Assembly (NCBI RefSeq): GCF_001194135.2
Contig: NC_068989.1
Location: forward strand, 49,999,630-50,063,629
Length of the DNA: 64,000 nt
Direction: 5' to 3'
From: Octopus bimaculoides
Lineage: Eukaryota
Positions 55,201 through 64,000 of this stretch are shown here, one piece after another. The first letter of the stretch is position 1. Each line of letters opens with the position of its first letter. Under the pieces are notes generated by a model that saw nothing but the letters and a program-made list of their open reading frames with translations, was not told where the DNA came from and searched no databases. The translations under genes and the position numbers were made by a program.

Positions 55201-55966
55201 ACTTTACTCTAAGTTGAAAAGTCACAAAAACTGAAACTGGTACTAAAATGTTATTCATGATAAAATTGTTTTAGCATTTTCTACCTTGTCTTATTTTCCT
55301 TATATATATATATATATATATATATNNNNNNNNNNNNNNNNNNNNNNNNNNNNNNNNNNNNNNNNNNNNNNNNNNNNNNNNNNNNNNNNNNNNNNNNNNN
55401 NNNNNNNNNNNNNNNNNNNNNNNNNNNNNNNNNNNNNNNNNNNNNNNNNNNNNNNNNNNNNNNNNNNNNNNNNNNNNNNNNNNNNNNNNNNNNNNNNNNN
55501 NNNNNNNNNNNNNNNNNNNNNNNNNNNNNNNNNNNNNNNNNNNNNNNNNNNNNNNNNNNNNNNNCCAGTCAAATAATGAAACACACTAACTGGTGAAGAC
55601 GGAGGTACCGAAGCATAAGTCGCTAGCTGGTAAATATTAGAAAGGAGGGGGAAGACTTGGGTGATTGTAGTGATGCAGAATTATTAAAAATGAAAAATCC
55701 ATCAATAACTTCTACAGTAATAATATAAATTCTATCACAAACACTACAAAACATCAACAGAAAAGCGACAGTAGGAAGTAGCAATAATAGCAGAAGTAGT
55801 GGCAGCAGCAGCAGCAGCAGCAGCAGCAACGACAGTAATAACATCAGTGGCAATATGTAGCAAAACCAAAAACGGACTATCAACGCAGGCGTTAATCATG
55901 CTAGAAATAGCAGTCCTTATCTGGCATCCTTCATATTAAACTAGGCGCAGCATGATGAAGAGGTAA

Positions 55967-56156
55967 GACGGCGAGTTGGCGAGTTCGTTAGCGTGCCAGA
56001 GAAAATGCTTAGCGGCATTTCGTTTGTCTTTAAGCTTTCAGTTCAAATTCCGACGAGGTCGACTTTGCCCATCAGCCTTTCGAGGTTGATAAAATAAGTA
56101 CCTTTCGTAGCACCCGACACCAAAATTGCTGGCTTCTTTGCCAAAATTTGAAAGCA
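55967..56156 (+). mobile_element. SINE family B
   Basis: gacggcgagttggcgag...aaatgcttagcggcatttcg...cagttcaaattccgacgaggtcgactttgcc...ccaaaatttgaaa. Confidence 0.8.
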
Positions 56157-56329
56157 ATATAATCCAGTAATAAAGAAGTGCACTTCGCAGTCAAGTGCAT
56201 TCTGGTTTGATCCTACTCTGTGGTGTCTTGACTAGAGTTATTTACCACTATTGCCTCGGCGTGGTACTTGTAATTTCAAAGCTCCAACCTTATTATACAC
56301 TAATACTATCCTAGGATCACATTAATAAT

Positions 56330-56500
56330 GATTTCAAAATTTGGTACAGGCCAGCAATTTTGGGTATAAGTCAATTACCTTGACCCTGCTACTCAGCTGG
56401 TACTTATTTTATCAACCCCATGCAGAATTTGAACTAAGAACGTGAAGACGGACGAAATTCCCCTGAATATTTTGGTGGGCGCTAGCGATATCCACCGCTT
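56330..56500 (-). mobile_element. SINE family B, opposite orientation
   Basis: Reverse complement of the family B consensus segments. Confidence 0.65.
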
Positions 56501-56516
56501 TAAGCGATCACATTAA

Positions 56517-57952
56517 CCTTCTGCATACCAATGGGTCCAATTGACCCATTTCAGTTTTTTCAGTTGCTTTTTCCTACCATTTATATTATTTGATTCTGCT
56601 GATTTCTCGCGACTCTTATTTTTTCTTGACTCTCTTTTATTTGACAAATGGAAAATGTTCCGTATGTTTATAAAAGATAGAAAATTTCACTTTATACATT
56701 AATTTATTTACTGTATGGTTTCATTGGACCCTCGAATTAAATTCAGACAATAACTCTTGTCATTCTAAACAGAATAAAAGCAGTATCAAATATTATTTTC
56801 TTAGATATTTATCAGATATAAAATAGATAAAATTGTATTCAATTCATTCGTTGAATTTTAAAAATATTATTGTAAATGTGTGAGGTATTGTATCACCTTC
56901 AATCTGCTAAGTTATAGGGTGATGCAATATTTCTATGTGATGACGCAATTCTTTCAATACACTGCATCATCTTTGAGGAGAGTATAAATATGTGAGAGAG
57001 CAACATTTGCCTTTAGTCAGCTATCAAGTTTCATATAGTTCAGTTGTGCTTTCCAATATGCCTGGACGTGAAAACTTGAGTGAAGACCAAATATCGAAAA
57101 GGTTATTGGAATTAGATGAAGAATTGGAAGAAGATAGTAGTGATTCTTTCTATTGTTCTGAAGATGATGGTGAATGCGATTGTGTGCTGGACAGTTTAGG
57201 TTCTGTGTCATGAGATGATGAAGATACTCAAAAACAATTATCTGCGAGCCATCCAGTTATGAACGAGCAATATGTTTCTAGAGACAGAGAAGAAGTTTGG
57301 CATTCTAATCCTCTTACTCAAGCAGCAGCAGCAGCAAGAACTTCATCTTGCAATATTGTGCGCCAACAAGGTGGACCATCCCGTTTTGCTAGAAGGTCTT
57401 GCGATAGCATTAAAAGATGTTTTACTATCTTTACGCACCAGAATCTTCTTGAAGTAATTCGTAAATGGACAAATGTTGAAGGTCAGATGGTATAGGAAAT
57501 TGATCACTCTGAACTAAAGAAATTTATTGGACTTATTATTGTTATAGGTGTTTATAAATCTAAATATGAAAATTTCACACGATTATTGCGTCAAGAAGAT
57601 AGCCGTCCAATATTCAACAAAATTAGGAGCCGGGGAAAATTTCAACAGATTTTACAAGTACTGGGTTTTGATGATGCTAGTACAAGAAGTAAAAAGAGAA
57701 GTGATGATTAATTGGAGCTCATAAAAGAAGTATTTGAAACACGGAATCAGAATTTGCAAGATGGATATGTTCCAAGTTCAGGCATGATAGTTGATGAACA
57801 ATTAGTTTCATTCAGAGGGCGCTGCCCATTCCAAGTATATATTCCTTGAAAACCAGAAAAATATTGAATTAAAATCTGGGCAATATATGACAGTGAAACA
57901 TATAATGCTGGAAAATGCAAATTTACACTGGAAAAGATCCAGTAAAAGAGAG

Positions 57953-57997
<45 letters not shown>

Positions 57998-59192
57998 NNN
58001 NNNNNNNNNNNNNNNNNNNNNNNNNNNNNNNNNNNNNNNNNNNNNNNNNNNNNNNNNNNNNNNNNNNNNNNNNNNNNNNNNNNNNNNNNNNNNNNNNNNN
58101 NNNNNNNNNNNNNNNNNNNNNNNNNNNNNNNNNNNNNNNNNNNNNNNNNNNNNNNNNNNNNNNNNNNNNNNNNNNNNNNNNNNNNNNNNNNNNNNNNNNN
58201 NNNNNNNNNNNNNNNNNNNNNNNNNNNNNNNNNNNNNNNNNNNNNNNNNNNNNNNNNNNNNNNNNNNNNNNNNNNNNNNNNNNNNNNNNNNNNNNNNNNN
58301 NNNNNNNNNNNNNNNNNNNNNNNNNNNNNNNNNNNNNNNNNNNNNNNNNNNNNNNNNNGGTTTAGGAGTTGTTGAAGACCTAGTAGAACTTGAAGACACT
58401 GTTCGCAATATAACTTGAGATAATTTTTTTACAATTCTAGAATTGGTTCGAAAGTTGGTAAGCAAGAAAACCACTTTAGTTGGAACAATTAGAAAGAAGA
58501 CTTGAACTTCCAAGTGCTTTCAAAAATCGAAAAGAAAGAGAAATCAACAACACAATATTTGGATTTCAAAAGGATTCTATGATCCTATTTTATTGTCCCA
58601 AGAAAAATTATGTCATCACACTTATGAGTACAATGCACTCTCAGCCTTCAACTGATTCGAAAAGTGCTGAAAAGAAACCTGAAGTTATTATATGTTACAA
58701 CAAAACAAAAGAAGGGTAGATACCCTAGATAAGATGGTAAGGACATACCCCTGCAAAAGAATGACTCGAGGATGGCCTATGGTTATATTCTACAACATGA
58801 TTGATATGAGTGCAGTGAAGATGTTCTTTGTGTGCTCCCCCCCCCCCAAAAAAAAAAGCCAGGAAAACTCGTACTACATGTAAGAATTGTAATATCCATG
58901 TTTATCAAGAACATTCAAATGTTATCCGCCATGAAGAGCTGTATTTCCGTTACCACTGCCATGAAGAGTTGTATTTCTGTATTTTTGTTATTTCTTTAAT
59001 TTATGATATATTCTGTAAGCTGTATGTTTTAAATAAAAATTTGTGAGAAACAGTAATTCTTCATTCACCTGATAGCATATATAATGTAGCTAAGACATAG
59101 TTGTAGTTTGAATAAAATTTAATTAAAAGAAAAATATTGGGTCCATCGAACCCTGGTAATTAGTGACATACATTTTTTCTGGTAGACCAAGA
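56517..59192 (+). mobile_element. piggyBac DNA transposon relic, probably full length
   Basis: TTAA at 56513-56516 and 59193-59196. Degenerate TIRs (ccttctgcatacca / tggtagaccaaga) and subterminal inverted motifs at 56532-56548 and 59138-59153 enclose a transposase pseudogene. Confidence 0.8.
57058..58930 (+). pseudogene. piggyBac (PGBD4-like) DDD transposase, disrupted
   Basis: Acidic N-terminus, KWTN, VDEQLVSFRGRCPF, T*DNFFT, YNKTKEG..TLDKMV, WPMVIFYNMID and C-terminal CKNC. Many stops and frameshifts. Confidence 0.9.
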
Positions 59193-60548
59193 TTAATAAT
59201 AGAAGTATTTCTTGAATATTTATCTACTTACATGCTAATCCTATGAGTAGGTACTTCATTTGATAGAAGTGAATATATATAGTCAAAACCGACGGAGATG
59301 TACTTACTTTATATATTACTTACTCTATTGCAGAAATCTTATTTCTCTAATGTATTCCTAGATAAATTAGACAACTAAAATATATATATATATACACTTT
59401 ACTGTTCTGTTATTAGAAGGATCAGTAAAAAGGTACTCCATCCAGTGACATATAAATATTATTTAATATACACAATTTATAAAAGACCTAATACTCTCAT
59501 GCATTTAGAGATACAATAAATTGGCAGATTAATATAACAGGCTTTGTATCTCCAAGCAATTGTATTAGGGTCAGTGCATATCATTAGATGTAGTTAGAAC
59601 CAGGACGCTGGTCTATGAGAAAACACGACAAAAAAACGAGAAGAAAAAGTTGTGAAGAAGGTTGATAAAAATGTATCAAGAAGGCTTATGCCTTGGTTGT
59701 CTTTCAGCATAGGCTTTTTGTTATTAGGGCTGTACTAGCGCTACACAACAAAAATAACAATGTAAACAACACCAGAATGCCACCAAAATTGTGTCTTTTG
59801 TGTACTAATAGATCGATGATTTGTATCCTTTCCGCTTTGATTTAATACGTTGATAATGAAAGGACTTAACTTTTACCATCGTTGTTCGGTGATGACACTA
59901 ACAGATTCCATCTAAATGCAAATAATGTTGCAGCAGCATAGCACAAAGTTCCTAAACACTAGCTTTTCTATTTCCCAAACACTAGCTTTTCTCTTCTCTT
60001 TAGCTCTTAACAATTGCTTTCTGAAGGGCTCCCGTGACGCACAATAGAACACTGCTTCCACATCTTGAAAAGTGTTGCTGTTACACAAAGACGGTGAATT
60101 GACAGATTTTTTTAGATTCCCTGCATTCTGATATCAAACTCTGTTGCGCCAATTCCATCTTTCCCAATTCGGCTTAGACAAACATCAGCAGTTCTTTCTC
60201 CAATGCATTCTTAGTTGACATAATCTAGTCGTCTGGTTTAACCTGAACATCTGGAACAGTAGGAGGTAAGAGGCTTTAACTGAGCTCAAACGGTGGTGAG
60301 CATACGAGGCATGTTTTGGATTTGAGGAGAACTGTTCTTTCTCTCACCAGTCTAGGAGGCCCTGAAAAAATGTATTAATATTATGGACATTATTTACATT
60401 TGACGGATATTTGTCCACATCTTCTTTGTTGTTAACTGATATATTTCCAGGGGTAATTTCGAACCTGGGTTCTCATTCCTAAGGTATTTTCGATGGTTTT
60501 GTTGTTGTTGTTGTTGTTGTTGTTTATTATTATTATTATTATTATTAT

Positions 60549-60621
60549 GGTCACTGCCTGGTATCGAACTCGGAATCTTGGGATTAGTAGCCCGCGCTCT
60601 TAACCACTACGCCATATGCCC
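60549..60621 (-). ncRNA. tRNA-like Pol III cassette (not a bona fide tRNA) inside the PLE 3' end
   Basis: gggcatatggcgtagtggttaagagcgcgggctactaatcccaagattccgagttcgataccaggcagtgacc: consensus A box TGGCGTAGTGG and B box GTTCGATACC, imperfect acceptor stem, followed by (AAT)n(AAC)n. Confidence 0.75.
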
Positions 60622-60650
60622 GCGGGCTATTATGGAGTGAATTTTAGTGC

Positions 60651-61225
60651 TTATAGATCTAATATTTTACAATCCTTCCAATCCTTCCTTAATACCGGTT
60701 CCCATATGCTACTCGTATCTGCACTCGGTCTGCTTAGTAGGTTGTTGTTCCCTAGCATATCTGATGCTTCTTTTAGTTTTTGTATTTTCCAGTGGTGCTC
60801 TCTATCTTATTATTTTAACTTCATCCCACAGGAGGAGGTAGTCTCCATTTTACCATACATGATCAGCTATACCCGATTTATCAATATCTCCTTGTGTCAC
60901 AGCTTTGCGATGTTCCTCTACCCTTATTTTGAAGGGTGGTATGTTTCGCCTTTGTATAACCTACCATAGCTGCATGGGATGGAGTACACGCAGTCTTTGG
61001 TCATATTCTCTTCTATTTGTGGTTTTACTCGAAGGAGATATTTGCGAAGTGTTGTATTAATTACTCTCGTGATGTCATATGGGCCGCATATCTTTTGTAT
61101 CTTTTCAGAGAGGCCTCTCCCATAGGATAGACAGACTGTGGACAGTTTATTGGTTTCATCCCCTCTTTTTTTCATAACTGGAGTGGATAGCATGTTCTTA
61201 GGGTAGTTGCTACTTAATAGATTGT
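60651..61225 (-). pseudogene. PLE thumb/linker plus GIY-YIG endonuclease, disrupted
   Basis: NYPK...CVYSIPCSYGRLYKGET...EEHRKAV..KSGIADHVW...WDEVKII...LLSRPS..IWEP. Confidence 0.85.
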
Positions 61226-63864
61226 TATTTGATGAAAGCTGGAGGGTATATCAGCCGAAAAGTTGTGTTAACAACAAACAAGCTGAGGACAAATATCCGT
61301 CAAAAGTAAATAATGTAAATAATGTACATAATTCCTCATCACTTAAATATAGCACTGAAATATTATGAACGTTGACTGTAGGTTGACTACATATAAAAAA
61401 CGTCTTCTCAACTGACTGGCATAGAGTCATTCCAACAAATTCCAAACTCTAACTCACAAAAGGTTGTCTCCTTACTCTGCCTTTCCGAGTTACTAGTTAC
61501 TTTCCTAGTTATTACGGCAATTATTACTCGCAGTAGACTGGTCTGGTATCACTCCCAGTTAGGCCTCATTTCTCTTATTGTCTCCTCTCGCTGCATCCCA
61601 TAAGGAATCTCTCCCTATTTCCCATTAGCCACTCTGTCATTTCACGATCAGAACCAATTCGGGTCAGCCCTTGTGAATTGTCACCTGCTCTCCATGTTTT
61701 CCTGCAATCATCAACTGCTCCTTTCTCTTGAATAAACCAATAAAAAAACGATAAGTGAAGAGATACATGAAGATTTGACTTAGCTTTCTTATATTACATG
61801 AAAGGAGTTATGTCTTTGTAGATATGTATACAAATGTACTTATGTTTTAATCTGAAACCTAATCTTACATGATAATGTAATATTGATTTCTTACACAGCT
61901 ACAGTGTTTTAGATTTACAGGAAACAGACATTACAATGATTTTGAGTATATGTTATCGTATCGACAGTGTTGTTATTATTTGTATTGTAGTTGTTATTTT
62001 TCATGTAGCTTCTGTTGATCGTACAACTGTGTTCAGTATTGTTTGAGCAAATAGTTATGAATAATATCTGTTCACTATTTCTTCGTATGTTTACAGCTTC
62101 GTTGTATTTTTGAATATTTGTCTACGACTTAATTCTTAAAATTTGTGATTAAAGTTTCCAGCCCTTAGATATGTTTTGGGAAAAATTTAACTGCTAATTT
62201 TAACAGATCAATACAAATATTATGACCAACTCATCAGGTCCCGCAAAGATCATTACGACTAGTCTTCTCTTTTCATATTGTCGGTATTCGGGAGTTGCAC
62301 TCCTGCACGTCTTTTCTACAATCGTCGACTTGCAACCGTTTAAACGGAACTAAAATTGTCTAGGAGACGAAGATTATGAATGCTAGCTCTTCCACGATAA
62401 CTAAGAAAGAAAATCTAACCAGAAGACCTCCACTTCATTCCGTATCGATATTCATATTTTTCCCCTAAATATCATTCTTACAGGAAATATAGCTTCGATT
62501 GTCAATAGTGACCATTTAATTGTGAGCTTATTTGTGCTGCAAGTATTTTACTTGCAATTACTTTTCTATTAATAACAGTTTTATCCACATATCCCGGCAC
62601 CCAATATCAAACATAAAAAAACACAAAATAAGTCTCAACGCATTTAAGTCTCTGTCCTCATAAATTCTTCAGAAGAAATCCAGACAAGCTACCTAGACCA
62701 AGATATTTGCTTCCGATTTACTAATAATAATTTCTGCATGACAAAGTGATGAAAATGTTGTTTGCAAGTAACGTTCGATAATTGATCTGAGTCAGACAAG
62801 ATCCGTGCCATTACTGCCTGGCTGAAATTCCGAAAGTATGCTTGCTTTGGCTGTTGGAATCTTATTCTTACATCTTCTGTTCCGTTGTAAAGAACAGAAA
62901 TTCAAAGTGAGGTTTCAAATCTGATTTCCTTACTCGGGTTAATAGTTTCAAGATCACACGTACTTTCATCTCTCTTGAATAAAATGGCTATGGAATTTCT
63001 TTCATTTCCAGAATCACTTAATTTGTTCATTGTAAAGGTATTCTCAAGTCGTTCTCTTTAGAATTCTTCAAATTATGCACATTATTCAGATCTTAGTGTT
63101 CAAGTTTCTTTCTATGCTCCGTTTTAGTATTGGTTCTGAAATGTTTCATCACATATTATGCTAAATAGTTTGAAGTGCGTGCGCTCAACACCAGACTAAA
63201 TCTATAGAGAATATTTAAATCACACCAAAATGATATTTGCAAGCATGGATGTTGGTTTTCTTATATAAACTATTATTTTTCATTCTTAAACCATGTTAGA
63301 AAACCATAACAAAAGAGATATCACCCATGTGTATTTGATCAGCTTAATTGTGCGATTTAGTCTCTTTCTAGTAAACTAACGAGCTATACTAAGTACAATA
63401 AAATCTACACAGGCCACAATAAACATTTAGTTAATGTTGTATTATGGTTTTCGATAATAAGTAGTAGATGAGATGAAAAATAAGAGCAAACATTTGTTAA
63501 CATTCAGCAGTAATTTAGACACAGACGGTTAATTAGTACGGGAAGCTATTAGATAGTACAGGAAAAGGATGTGAGAACGAGAATTGCAATGGGAGTGTAG
63601 GGTTATGTAAGCGCCTCATCTCCATACTTATTTTCTCTGAGCTAAATACACAATACAGGAGACAGAATACTAGTTATGACAGAGAAGTACAATGCGACAG
63701 ACGCTGTACAAAAAATCACAAAAGCAGAGCTGGGAAATTATGTTTTTATATATTTCATGGCCGCGCTGGATTAAACATGATATATGTTAGTTTTAAAGAA
63801 AATGATGTTTAATGTACAGAGCAATGTAATTATATTTTGAAACTGTAATTATTAAACGAACAAG

Positions 63865-63964
63865 AATGTACACGTGCCTGTGAAGTGGTCAGTCACTTGC
63901 ATGTTAATTTCACAAGCAAGCTGTTCTGTTGTCAGTATCAGCTGTAACCGATAGAGTGCTTTCC

Positions 63965-63966
<2 letters not shown>
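63865..63966 (+). repeat. Isolated copy of the SINE family D 3' tail
   Basis: gtacacgtgcctgtgaagtggtcagtcacttgcatgttaatttcacaagcaagctgttc...gtaaccgat matches the reverse complement of 33372-33490. Confidence 0.7.

Positions 63967-64000
<34 letters not shown>

Larger units (their letters stand above)
60381..61358 (-). mobile_element. Penelope/Poseidon-like element fragment with inverted terminal (pLTR) repeats
   Basis: Endonuclease relic on the minus strand. 60381-60436 is the reverse complement of about 61267-61331. Hammerhead-like motif at 61229-61260 on the plus arm. Confidence 0.8.

Overview
A eukaryotic, AT-rich, gap-riddled (N runs) and microsatellite-saturated window. Its tRNA-headed SINE families and SSR density suggest an octopus or other cephalopod draft genome (inference). 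No intact host gene is recognisable, only a few weak exon-like stretches. The interpretable content is mobile DNA. It includes many tRNA-derived SINE copies of about four families and Penelope-like elements (PLEs): a head-to-head pair of Naiad/Chlamys-type copies at 14.3-17.2 kb, a GIY-YIG fragment with inverted terminal repeats at 60.4-61.4 kb, and three RT fragments. It also holds several restriction-like-endonuclease (RLE) non-LTR retrotransposon relics, a decayed but apparently full-length piggyBac (56.5-59.2 kb) and several degenerate hammerhead ribozymes. Best novelty candidates: (1) a 2.4-kb ORF1-only (half-L1/Tx1-like) retroelement at 24855-27256, inserted into the tRNA head of a SINE with a 16-bp target-site duplication, with splice-acceptor-like signals in its 5' UTR and an unrecognised C-terminal domain; (2) a PLE whose 3' end carries a tRNA-like Pol III cassette about 30 bp after the endonuclease stop codon, upstream of a hammerhead-type terminal repeat. 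Almost all ORFs in the supplied track are microsatellite or N-gap artefacts. Boundaries were read by eye and most are approximate.
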